A DNA stretch of 64,000 bases from Felis catus (Eukaryota), in the NCBI RefSeq assembly GCF_018350175.1, contig NC_058368.1, forward strand, positions 76,200,001-76,264,000, read 5' to 3'. The position numbers and the translations under genes are program-made. Position 1 is the first letter of the stretch; the number at the start of each line of letters is the position of its first letter. Shown one piece after another: positions 13,096 to 24,809 of this stretch. Below the pieces are notes generated by a model, which was given only the letters and a program-made list of their open reading frames with translations, did not search any database and was not told where the DNA came from.

Positions 13096-13347
13096 GTTAC
13101 AAAGAGCGCTTGGTGTGCAAATGGAATACGTTGTCCAACCAATTTAGGAAAAATGTATACGAAACAACCTGTTTTCCATAAATATCCTTTTGGTAATATT
13201 GGAGATGTAGCTGACATATCTGCAACACGTCCCCATATCTTATTTTATTCAATTGCCTGAAGTCCAACTTGCACAGAATTAAAGCAACAAGGCCGAATAC
13301 AAAGCAATATGGGGTGAGGGAAGTGGATGCCGTGTTGGGCTCCGAAT
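13096..13347 (-). other. Candidate 252-nt exon
   Basis: Strong acceptor cttcttctgtctgtcctctaatccttccacgtag| with a ctaat branch-like motif; donor AAC|gtaagt; length divisible by 3; one stop in the phase-2 frame. Confidence 0.35.
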
Positions 13348-14430
13348 CTACGTGGAAGGATTAGAGGACAGACAGAAGAAGCGCAAGATATGTTAACCTG
13401 TACATTTTTAGCTTTCCCAATTTGAAACTAAAACCGATCAAATGCAACTGTTTGTTCCCTCCGATTCTACAATGGCTCGCGCACGGATCTTGCCGCTTAC
13501 CCAAGAACCTTGTTCGTAAGTGGACAAATATTTCTAAACATAAGATTCCAGATGAGCTGCAGCAGATGCCATGTGAAACTCTGGAGAGCACAGATGGTCT
13601 ATCAACAGTTAATCAAGTAGCGGGCCCTAAAAGGCCCAAAGACTGCCGTCAACTCTAGGGTCTCTAAAGAGGATACAAAAACTTTTTGAGGGCTTGGCAT
13701 CAGGGCTCTGTGACCTCACTGGGAGAACCAGACAGCAGTGCGGTGCACACAGTCTCACACACACACACACACACGCACATACACGCACGCACAAGCCACA
13801 CTACGGAGCAGAAGAATGATGCCAAGAGACGGGCAATGGCTTGGGATATGGGTAATGAGATCTGAAGTCCTCAGCTCAGATCTTTAGTCTGTGTCAGCAT
13901 CTTTAATCTTGTTCAATGCAACTGGGATGAAAAGTCATTAGCCTTTCCCGTCTGTTTCACATAATTATATAAAACGGGAGCGGGGCCCGCATCCTATTCT
14001 TGGATATCCCTGTCTACACTCGTTGGCCCCTAGGGGTTTCCCACCCCAAACCTTCAGAATACACTGTGATTATGAGAACGGTGTTTCATGATAACGCAAA
14101 CTGGTTTCGCGTGAAAATATCCAAGTCACTTAGCTCTCTGAGCCTGGAGTCCCCCCTCTATAAAATGGTGTTAGTTAGCACTGTGGTCTAGGTAGAAATG
14201 TGTGCAGACAGAATGAGATCATCCGTGTGCGGACAGAACACAGTGACACGTACATTATCCCTGCAGAAAAAAGTTTAAGCAGTTGCAATCATGATGATGA
14301 TGACGGTGGTGGTGGTGGTTTCCTCAAGGTCAATTTCTCATACATTATATCATTATTTAAGTATATAAATCAGTGCCTGGCGCACAACAGGCATTAGATA
14401 AATATGTGTTGAAAGAATCAGCACATGTTT

Positions 14431-14650
14431 GGGGCGCCTGGGTGGCTCAGTCGGTTGGGGCGTCTGACTTCGGCTCAGGTCATGATCTCACGGTCGGTGA
14501 GTTCGAGCCCTGCGTTGGGCTCTGTGCTGACAGCTCAGGGCCTGGAGCCCGCTTCAGATTCTGTGTCTCCCTCTCTCTGACCCTCCCCTGTTCATGCTCT
14601 GTCTCTCTCTGTCTCAAAAAATAAATAAACATTAAAAAAAATTTGTTTAA
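14431..14650 (+). mobile_element. CanSINE (SINEC_Fc-type)
   Basis: 18-bp TSD aaagaatcagcacatgtt at 14412-14429 and 14651-14668; inserted at an L2 3'-end-like relic (cagtgcctggcgcacaacagg...aaatatgtgttgaa). Confidence 0.96.
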
Positions 14651-17029
14651 AAAGAATCAGCACATGTTGAATATAACAGCAAAACTCTGTAGCATGGATA
14701 CTAACACTGTCACGTCACAAAGAAAATATAGCTCATGTTCGGGGGGGGTTTAAATGAATTCCCCCCCCACCCCCCGCAGCTGGTAACCAACAGAAGTGGG
14801 TGAGCAGAGATGTCCCCACTGTACCCTGTTCTATCGTGATGTCAATCCATTGTTAACTGGGCCAGGTCTCACTTGATCCACACGCGACACCGGGGAAGCA
14901 GAGAACAGGTTTTTACTTCGAACGTGGGTGCTAAGTGATATCCAGAGGGATAGAACATCTCGCCTTAGATCATTGTGCACGTCTTGGGCAAATGGGTTGT
15001 AAGCTGATTTTAGCGATGTGGTTGAGGGATGGCAGAAAAATTTTGTTCCGGCCCCAGGATTTCCATGATCTTAGTGATGAGCCTAACCCAGTGGACACCT
15101 CTGGGCATGTCAGGCGCAAGAGAAGTGACATGCTATATCCCCAGACTTCATTATGGCTGTCATTTGGCCTCTTAGCTTCTGACACAGTGACCCATGCTAT
15201 AAAGAGGTCTTTATCCCCCGCCACTGCCTACAACCGTGAATATTCTATTTTGCACTTTGAAAAGTACATCATTGTGTATTTAAATACAGCTTCTTTCCTT
15301 TTATTTCTTTTCTACGTTCCACCAGAATGAGATGTGACAAGCATTACTAATGTTGCCCTCCCATTGAAAACCTTTCTCACAATGACTCTGCTGCAAGAGA
15401 ATATGATTCTTCAAAACACGTTACGATTGCCAACTGCGAGAAGGAAGCGAGAGGCTGTGCTGTCTACCCGGTCACAGATCGCTCTTTATTAGAGTACGTT
15501 TGGTGATCTAGAATATCTCTGCTTCTGAAAAGACATATCGATAATAATACTAATATATAAATATAACAATGACTAAGCCGTCTTGGTGCACTTAATATGC
15601 ATGAGACATGCTCTGAGCAAGTGAGCCCTCACACGGGCTCGTTAGTACCTTGGCCCTGGTCACACAGCTACACAGGAGCAGAGCTGGGGCTCAACGCAGG
15701 TGCCTCATTCAGAGACTGTGCCCCTCGGTGGTTACAACTTAGAGGCTACGCTTTAAGATGCTTGAGGATGCCAATCGCTCTTTTTGGTGCTGACAGTTTG
15801 GCAGATAAAGTATCTTCATGCCTTCGTGAAGCGAAATAATGTCTCCTAGCGGCTTTTATAAAAGATGGGTAGAACATATAGGCACACGTAGAACATCACT
15901 GCATTTTTCAAACTGCTCTGGAAGAGCCTTTACCATGACGTTCAATATTCCATATGAAAGACATGTGGGAAAACTCAGATAAGACAAAAAGTTGCCTCTC
16001 CTGACTAATTGATGTACCTCCCTTTATTAGAAGGGGGGAGCCAGAAAGCCTCCAATTTCCTATTTCCTCTGGCTACCAGGAAACTCCGGGAAAGATTTAT
16101 ATTAATCTTAGTTTTACAAAACCAAAGTTTTCTTTTTTTTTCTGTTTATTTCCTTCTCTGATTCTCTATTACTTGACGCTGTATTATTACCATTTTAACG
16201 TAATGCAAGTTAATGAAATGGGCTTGCTTTAATGTAACCATTCTTAGTTTTATTATTTAAGCATTTTTGTTTTCCCATCTTGAAACAGATCCAGTCTTTC
16301 AGAAAAGCAACTTAGCTGGACTTTTGTGGGTGATTTTTGCATATGACTTTGGTTGAACGAATGCTAGAATTTTAACATTCACATTATTCACTGTCCTGGA
16401 GAGACTCGCCGTTTTTCAGAAACCCACTAGGTATAGATGTGGTTGAGAAAAGAATATAATTTTATCTGACATCTTTCAACAGCCTCCTCTCATAGTTCAA
16501 AATTATACCGAACATGTTACATGAAATCCAAAGGGATAATAAGACTACTATAAATTATGAAAAGTCATACACATAAATCAATCACATTAGATTATAATTA
16601 TAACCCTCATTCACATCAGACTAATAAAAGGGTTGATCTTTGACATATAGCTCTGGGCAAAATCGATCCAACGTCCTAACTGCAATATAAAGGCTTTTTG
16701 AATAAAAACACAATATGTGAATTTGTCCTTAAGGAAGTATGGAGAATTCTTTGGCAGACTTAATCAAGATACAAAGATACTTGATGACATTTATAAAAAA
16801 CAGAACCTCTTGACTCATTTAAATATTAATATGACACACGGAACATTTAACATCACGTTTATAAATATTAATATAAAAAGATCAACACAAATGATTATCA
16901 CGTGCTTTAGGAACTTATAGATTCTTTAGGTATTCTTCCTAATTTGGGTGGGCCCTCAAATATTAAAAATATAGGAAGCTAAAGTACTCCATTATATATT
17001 TTATTGTTATGCAATTTGAAACACATTTT

Positions 17030-17261
17030 TTTTATTTTTTATTTTTTAAAGTTTATTTATTTTTGACAGAGAGAGAGAGAGAGAGACAGAGACAGAGCAT
17101 GAGTGGGGAAGGGGCAGAGAGAGGGAGACACAGAATCTGAAGCAGGCTCCGGTCTCTGAGCTGTCAGCACAGAGCCTAAAGTGGGGCTCGAACTCACAGA
17201 CCACGAGATCATGACCTGAGCCAAAGTCGGACACTCAACCGACTGAGCCACCCAGGCGCCC
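17030..17261 (-). mobile_element. CanSINE (SINEC_Fc-type)
   Basis: TSD tgaaacacattttt on both sides; (GA)n linker. Confidence 0.96.
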
Positions 17262-18869
17262 ATGAAACACATTTTTAAAAGGGAAAAGGAAATAAATGAT
17301 ATCTCAGGGGGCACCTATTATTTTATTTTCTTCTTACTCTTTATTGCATCATTATATTCCTATTATTCTTTTGTTTTATTCTCATATTTTCTCATTATTA
17401 TGTGTTCTTATTTTTGTTTCCTGCTGATAAAAGCAAGATCTCTGATTCACTCAGTTCAGAAGAAGACAACTTGATTTATCCTCCATTAATACTCACAGCT
17501 AAAAAGTTAGAAATTATCAAATTCTAATATGCAAGCCTCTTTATTATGATAAAGCAGAAAAAGAGTTAGAGTCCCCGAGAGAGAGAAGACGGACCATGTG
17601 AGTTGGCAGATGATGTCTCTTGAGGATTCTATTGTTATTCAGCATATTTTCATACTTAATCACAAGTAGCAATAATAGTAGGACGTAAACTTTTTTCTTA
17701 TTAAAAAAAAGTTAAAGTAACTAGGACACAATGGAGAAAATGAGGTGCTTCCCAGTATAAAAAAGTCTTATTGTCACTTTTCTGGAGGACGGGGGGGATT
17801 TGGGGAAGTAATGGAAACAGGAGAAGGACGGGAGGAAGGAACTTTGTTGCATCCAGTCACAGCAAATAGCTTCCATCTGAACCTATTTAACTGCAATTTT
17901 TCTTCAGAGGAGTTACTGCACTCTACGTTTCATGAATTCCACCAAGAAATGATGTTGAGGTCCCCCTAAGTATAGCACCATTCAAACGTTATCAATTGTA
18001 TGAGAAATTAACCAGATGCTGGTTTGGGGGCCCAAACTCTTGGAATTCAGCCAATGAACCCCCGTAGGAAGAAAAATGCCGATTAGTATTAGCGCATACG
18101 GTTCTTGTATAGGTGTGAAGAGGCGTAACTTTGCTAAAGGTAAATAAGGGGAAAATACATAAAAGTCATCAAAAGTCTCAAGCGGTGGGTCCAACAATTC
18201 CAAACCTAAGAACGTTTCCTACAGAAATGACCCGAGATGTGTACAAATAGATTTCGACAAAGAGGCACATTAAGTGAAAAGCTGAAAAATAAAGCAGGAA
18301 TTTAGCTGAATATGGAGCATCCAAGGTTATACAAACACAGAACACTTGCAACAACTGAGAAATAAGTAGCAACCTGGAAGAACATGCAGGACACATTCTT
18401 ATGTGAAAGAAGCCAGAGAGAATTCTAGTCACAATGACAAATTATGACCTAGCGTAAAGTTACATTGGTTGCTATCAGGAGTAACTCTTGATGTTGTCGG
18501 GCTTCCAAAAATAGAAAATTGTTTCTTAACATGTTAAGTCATATCGTTAGGAAGCTTTGCCTTATAGAGTCATTCAGGGACCCGTTTTGATAGAAACTCT
18601 GTCATCTTCAATAGGCTATTTTTCTACGTCACTCTGGACCACAATTCTGAGCCAGCCACACAGAAAAAAGAGTAGAGGGTCACACAGGATTATATAATGG
18701 CCAGTCCTGGAAGTGGCTTATATCTTTTCCAGTCTCATTTTGTTGGCCGGAACTGGGTTCCTGGGCCACACTTGGATATGCAGTCTAGATGCATCCAAAA
18801 ATCAAATAGAAGATTCAAACAGTTTCACTATACTTGTTCACCAGGGTCTGCCGAGGACTGCAACTTTAC

Positions 18870-18872
<3 letters not shown>

Positions 18873-18909
<37 letters not shown>
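18873..18909. repeat. (TG)n microsatellite
   Basis: About 18 TG units. Confidence 0.95.
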
Positions 18910-18911
<2 letters not shown>

Positions 18912-19309
18912 ACATTCATGCATGTACCTATGTTTTCCCTTAGGTAGTAGGATAATGCACTTTTATTTTCCCACATCTTTCCACACTTAAAAAATTTTTC
19001 CAGAATTTTTATATTACTTTCATAATAAAAAAAGTTTTAAAAAGATATCAACGCTGAGATTCCATTATGTAATTCCTTTATATTTTTCTTTTTTCCCTCC
19101 AAATTCACCTAATATGAATATAAAGTTAAAAGTAGAAATACCTAATTATGGACAAGACATATTTTCTATAATGAACCCATATCTGAACTGAGGTTGAGTT
19201 TGAAAGAAAGAGATTATTCATGAGATACAAGTAAATTCTGGTATGCTTTATATATAACACATTAATTATTAATTAGCAAATGTATATTTTTGTTTTCTAG
19301 AGAGCAAAA

Positions 19310-19436
19310 TGTATATATCGCATATATAGCAAAAGCGTACATATATTTTATATATTTGTATATATTATACGGTTATATATTTATTTATTTATATATAAAA
19401 TATATGTACGCTTTTGCTATATATGTGACATATACA
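19310..19436. repeat. AT-rich inverted repeat (perfect 35-bp arms, 35-nt spacer)
   Basis: 19321-19355 catatatagcaaaagcgtacatatattttatatat is the exact reverse complement of 19391-19425; pairing extends imperfectly outward to 19310/19436. Confidence 0.92.
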
Positions 19437-20496
19437 ATATATGTACATAATTCTAGGAACATTCCTTTGAACCACCAATGGAATGTTCACCAACAAGGTT
19501 TGTCTCTGTCTCAAAGCCCTCTTCACTGTATGGTAGTTAAAAAGAGTATAAAGGGACAGAAAGAAAAAACACTGCATGGAAGAAAGGGTACATTCTAAGA
19601 GATCAAAGTCTTCCCCAGCATTCCCTGAGTCAAAAGTACCAAATATCAACAAGGAAGTTCTCTGAAACAAGGGAGCACATGGCTCAAGAACGTCCCGAAT
19701 CAGGCATTCAGCAGAAGTGACCACATGTCAGCAGCCCTCTCAGCACCCAGAGAACAAATCCAGTCTCCATAGACGGGGAAAATGAGGTGAAAGTCTCAGA
19801 CATCTTTTTCCACCTGACTCTTAAAGTGCCCGCAGGTGCCTAAATCACCTGCTTTCCTGCGAGGTCTTAAAGAAAAGCATTAACATGCGAGCACCGACGG
19901 GCATAGAAATGTTCCTGAGGACCCAGATGGCTTGTGTGTATGGCACTGACCAGCCCACCCTGATGTACCTGTGAATACAGGACACAAAGTACAGAGAAGA
20001 CCCACTTCCCTTTACCATTACTTTCCCTTGTACTGCCTGGAGGCAGAAGTTACTGCTTCCAGACATGGCCAGCGTCACCTTGACTGATGGTTTTGCTTGT
20101 ACCATCACCCTCCTGCTTGTGGGGACCACGTCTACACCAGGCTGAGTCTCAAGCTGATGAACTCCAGGAAGGGGAAGAGAATTACGGAATCTGGCCGGCT
20201 CGGAGGATGTAAGGTCATGTCTGTGGGCAAGATCTCTGTTCCCTGCTGTCACTGGGAATCTTCGAGAAGCATTTGACCCACCAGGCTTTCATCTGTGTGG
20301 GCATTGCTTCAGCTCTGTTCAACGTATTTCACAAACGTCAATTCATACTTTGGCAGCAACCATTATATATATTCTTTTCCTTTTTGACATTAAATATTTC
20401 ATACATCTTTTTTTTTCATGGAGTATTAGAAAAGCCAATAAATGCAGAAAAAAAATCTATGTAACATTTGGGAAAGGGATATACTGTAGTGTTTTT

Positions 20497-20572
20497 TCCT
20501 CCCCTCCCCTCCTCCTCCCCCTCCTCCTCCCCCTCCTCCTCCCCCTCCTACTCCTCCCCCTCCTCCTCCTTC
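20497..20572. repeat. (CCT)/(CCCCTCCTCCTC)n pyrimidine tract
   Basis: Repeated ctcctcctcccc units. Confidence 0.9.
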
Positions 20573-21014
20573 TTGTAGTTAACACCAGCACCTGCCTGTC
20601 CCTTTCATGGCTAGCCCCACCTCAGATCAATTGGTACAAAGTTATTGTGTGTGATCTTAGGAGACAAAGCCAGAGGGAGGCTTTTAAAACACTGGTTAGT
20701 TTGTTTCCTCAACATGAATGATCCCACATAGGAGAAAAAATAGATAAGTGATCCATCCCCATGGCCTGGAATAGATTCTTTTTGGAAAGTATGAAAGAGA
20801 CAAGTATATTTGAGAACAGTGGTAACCTTTTAACCACAGGAGGAAAAAAAAAAAAAAAGACTAACAAATTATACACTGGAGGTAGCTGTGTAGAATAAAA
20901 TGCCAGAAATTGTTTTTCTAAAATTATTTAAAAGTAACTGTTGGCAGTATTGTGTAATTCATTTCCTGGGGGGAAAAATGAAGGGCACACACGTTTAAAA
21001 GACAGGTATCCTCT

Positions 21015-21227
21015 GGGCACCTGGGTGGCGCAGTTAAGCGTTCGACTCTTGATCTCGACTCAGGTCATGATCTCACAGTTTGTGAGTTCGAGCCCCATGT
21101 GGGGCTCTGCACTGATGGTGGGATTCTCTCTCTCCCTCTCTCTATGTCCCTCCCCGACTTGTGCCTACACATGCGCTCTCTCTCTCTCTCTCTCTCTCTT
21201 AAAATAAATAAATAAACTTTAAAAAAT
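21015..21227 (+). mobile_element. CanSINE
   Basis: Head, (CT)n and A tail; TSD aaaagacaggtatcct / aaaagagaggtaccct. Confidence 0.94.
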
Positions 21228-21782
21228 AAAAGAGAGGTACCCTGATCTGTGCTCACTTAGTACTGTCACATGTATGACCCACTCAAGCCCTGGGGTAAAG
21301 AAGGAGAACTGATGCTGAAACCTTCAGTTGTCAGTTACATGCACTCTAAAGGGGGGGGGGGGTGAAGCCACACGGCAGGGCCCCAGGAGCCAGGCCCGGG
21401 TGGAAAGCCCCAAACTGTGAGTTCTGTGCTTTGCTCAGACACAGATTTCAGGTGTGATCTCAGACAAGTCACTTAACCGTTATTAACTACTTAATTATTC
21501 CACCTATAAAAGAAGGCTTAGTGAAACCGGCAATATAAAACTTCAGAGAGAAAATAATGAAAGAGGGTCTATTCAATGAAGCATTTGGGCGATTTTCTCA
21601 AAAAGGAGTAAGAAATTGTGTCTCCAACTGCTATTTAGTTTCACTGGTTCAGTCTCTGGGCCGGAAAAGGATTTGGAATTCCTTGGTTGTAACTGTCTCC
21701 GATGCTTCATTTAAGGGATGATATTCAGTAATATCTTGGTAAATCAAATCTTCTGCTTTCTGCTGAGTTAAAGTTTTAGGAT

Positions 21783-21995
21783 CTTTTTTTTTTAAGTTGG
21801 TTTGAGGTTTTTATTTATTTTTGAGACAGAGAGAAAGCATGAGCCCGGGAGGGGCAGAGAGAGAAGGAGACAGGGTCTGAAGTGGGCTCCACGCTCACAG
21901 CAGAGAACCCGATGCCGGGCTCGAACTCGTGAACTGTGAGATCATGACCTGAGCCAAAGTCAGATGCTTAGCTGACTGAGCCACCCAGGGGCCCC
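21783..21995 (-). mobile_element. CanSINE
   Basis: Antisense body ending gagccacccaggggcccc; followed by a (TTTA)n AT-rich tract to ~22105. Confidence 0.93.
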
Positions 21996-22047
21996 TAAAA
22001 TTTTTAAATTTTATATGTATATTTTATATTTTATATTTTTTATATTT

Positions 22048-22078
<31 letters not shown>

Positions 22079-22220
22079 TTTTAAATTTATATTTATTATT
22101 TTTTTAAACTAGTATATGTGCTATAGCAAGTGTCTGATATAAGGATATAGAAACATGGAGACAGGCCTGTAAATTCGCAATTGAGAAGTCTTACTTAGAC
22201 ATTTAAAGTAATCCTAAACA

Positions 22221-22420
22221 GGGTGGGTAAGCTTCCGACTTCAGCTCAGGTCATGATCTCACAGTTTGTGAGTTCAAGCCCCGCGTCAGGCTCTGTGCTG
22301 ACAGCTCAGAGCCTGGAGCCTATTTCAGATTCTGTGTCTCCCTCTCTCTCTGACCCTCCCCCGTTCATGCTCTGTCTCTCTCTGTCTCAAAAATAAATAA
22401 ACGTTAAAAAAAATTTTTAA
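22221..22420 (+). mobile_element. CanSINE, 5'-truncated, with long A/T tail to ~22505
   Basis: Starts at ...gtaagcttccgacttcagctcaggtcatgatc; near-consensus body. Confidence 0.93.
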
Positions 22421-22570
22421 ATTAAATTTAAAATTTTTAAAAATATAAAAAAATAAAAAATATAAATAAAAATATAAATAAATAAATTAATTAATTAATA
22501 TAATCTAGTATAAACTAGATATGGAAATCACTATCCTTTGAGTCAGTTTAACTTTCAGTTTACCCATAAG

Positions 22571-22770
22571 TAGGGCTGATACATACAACACAGGATGCCA
22601 GTTAATTCTATGTTTCAGATAAATGATGGATTTTTTTTGAGGTTAAGTATATCTCGTGCAATGTTTGGGATATGCTTATATCAAAAAACAGGTCTTTGTT
22701 TTGTAACATTCAAGTTTTACTCCGCACCTGGTAATTTTTCTTTTCTTTTTTTGCTAAAAAACTTCCAGGA
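22571..22770. mobile_element. MER53 hAT MITE (palindromic)
   Basis: Matches the recalled MER53 layout: tagggctga...caggatgccagtta...tttcagataaat...taagtatatctcgtgcaatgtttgggatatgctta...ttcaagttttact...ttgctaaa. Confidence 0.75.
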
Positions 22771-23297
22771 AACATACCAAACTCTTGCGCCAAACCTCAC
22801 TGGTCCATCCCTGAAGCTTTTTGCGCTGAGCTGCTACCCAGCCCCTCAGTCTCCCTTCTCTTGATGAGTGATCATCACCAATCAATCAACGTTCCAAAGA
22901 GGCAAAGCCTCTTTCCATCTCACTTCTAAACACCCTGTTGACTTATTGATTTGTTAGTTTTCCAAACTGCTTCTAGGTCACCTTCCATTTTATTTTTTGC
23001 TTGCCTTTGTCCTCGGGCTGACCTCAACTGTTGGTGCATTATATAAATGTTCATATCAACCCAGTAGTTTTTAATCATTCTGATCTCTCAAAGGTCGTGC
23101 CCACGTCATATAAATGCTTTAGGGAATTTGTAAGATGTTTTGTTTTTGCCACACACAAGGACTCAGATGTTGATAGCATACCTAAAAGGGTCACAGAATG
23201 AAAACAAAATATCAGAGAGAGAGAGAGAGAGAGGGAGGAGGGGAAAGAGAGGGAGGGTCACATAAAATGCTAACACGCTTTAAAAAGAAACAAATTC

Positions 23298-23530
23298 GGG
23301 GCGCCTGGGTGGCGCAGTCGGTTAAGCGTCCGACTTCAGCCAGGTCACAATCTCGCGGTCCGTGGGTTCGAGCCCCGCGTCGGGCTCTGGGCTGATGGCT
23401 CGGAGCCTGGAGCCTGTTTCTGATTCTGTGTCTCCCTCTCTCTCTCTGTCCCTCCCCCGTTCATGCTCTGTCTCTCTCTGTCCCAAAAATAAATAAAAAA
23501 CGTTGAAAAAAAAATAAAAAAAATAAAAAA
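23298..23530 (+). mobile_element. CanSINE, young SINEC_Fc
   Basis: CpG-intact consensus-like body; TSD taaaaagaaaca(a/c)att at 23281-23296 and 23531-23546. Confidence 0.97.
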
Positions 23531-24247
23531 TAAAAAGAAACACATTTGAAAGAAAAACAGAGAAGGGATTTTCTTTTACTTCATCTTTAATCTTTCATAT
23601 GGAGCACCTGTCATTCTTCCATGAATATCTTTCTGTTGGCATATTTTAAGATTTAGGATATGTGTTCTTAACTATTTATAAAAATGTCGTCCTTGTTAAG
23701 AGAACTTCTTAAGGCAACTTCCTTACACTTGAAATAGCAAAACCAAGGTATTAAAGCCTTTTGAACGGCTAGGAACAGGTTCCAATTACTGCTTCTTCTG
23801 ACCAATAATGGCTAATTTGTTCCTATATTCTGAGCATGAAATGTCCTTCTAACTTCTTATTTTTTTTTAATAACACACCTTTCATGCAGGAAAAGCCTCC
23901 AATAAAGAGTTAGCAATGAAATAAATAAATCTTTTTATTGAGAAGACAATAATAGAATATCATCGTTTTGTATTGTCCATGTCTCCTCATTTTGTTTATA
24001 TAATAAGCATAGGCTTTCTCTTTGCTATAACTCATGTGAATGAGAAATTTGGGAATGCTGCTAAGTCTATCCAAACTTGTTGACACAATTCTCTGCTACT
24101 TTTTAATATGCAAACATGATCAAACTTTCTGTGAAGAATGAAGAAAGTACCCTTCATCAAGTTTTTTTTTTTTAACCAATAGACCAAAATTTGGTCAATA
24201 ATACTAATCCTCAGTATTCAGTAAATACTGTGGCAACTGTAGGAATT

Positions 24248-24490
24248 AGGGAAGGAAGAAAGGGAAGAGGAAGGAAGGAAGGAAGGAAGGAAGGAAGGAA
24301 GGAAGGAAGGAAGGGGAAAGAAAGAAAAAGAGAGAAAGAAAAAGATAGAAAGAGGAGGGAAGGGAAGGGAAGGGAAGGGAAGGGAAGGGAAGGGAAGGGA
24401 AGGGAAGGGAAGGGAAGGGAAGGGAACGGGAGGGAAGGAAAGGAAGAGAAGGGAAGGGATGAAGGAAAGGAAAGAGGAAGGAAGGAAGGG
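24248..24490. repeat. Compound (GGAA)n/(GGGAA)n purine tract
   Basis: 11 consecutive GGAA (24269-24312) and about 14 GGGAA (~24357-24426); almost no pyrimidines over ~240 bp. Confidence 0.95.
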
Positions 24491-24809
24491 TAAGGACTCT
24501 TGTCAAGGAGCTGTCGGCCACTGTTACAGGACAGAGGTCACTAGGAGGTAGTTTATTCCAGTGGTGAGACGGGGCTGTAGTTAACAGTTCAGCAATACAG
24601 AAACGTGGCCAATGACATAAGTTATTCGATGGTTTTCTTTAAGAATAATATTAACTTATTTTGGAAAAAGTAATTTTGCTTTCCACATTCTTATTGTTTT
24701 ATCTAAATGATATTGTTCAAAGTGTCTCATTGAGACAATGAGCAGAAGACCAGTGAATATTTCGGTTCCTTTTTTGCATGCACTTACAGAAGCAATGAGA
24801 TAACCTTAC

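Noticed and set aside
19845..20252. 135-aa minus-strand ORF; faint resemblance of a plus frame to the CLPTM1L C-terminus
   Set aside because: Only a few residues match and the similarity does not extend, so no assignment is supportable.
21257..21289. 33-nt minus-strand pseudo-exon (cag|GGCTTGAG...CTAA|gtgagc)
   Set aside because: Open only in phase 1-1, which is incompatible with the phase-2 chain; no other support.
24191..24521. 100-aa K/R/E/G-rich and 91-aa P/S/F/L-rich ORFs
   Set aside because: Translations of the GGAA/GGGAA microsatellite.
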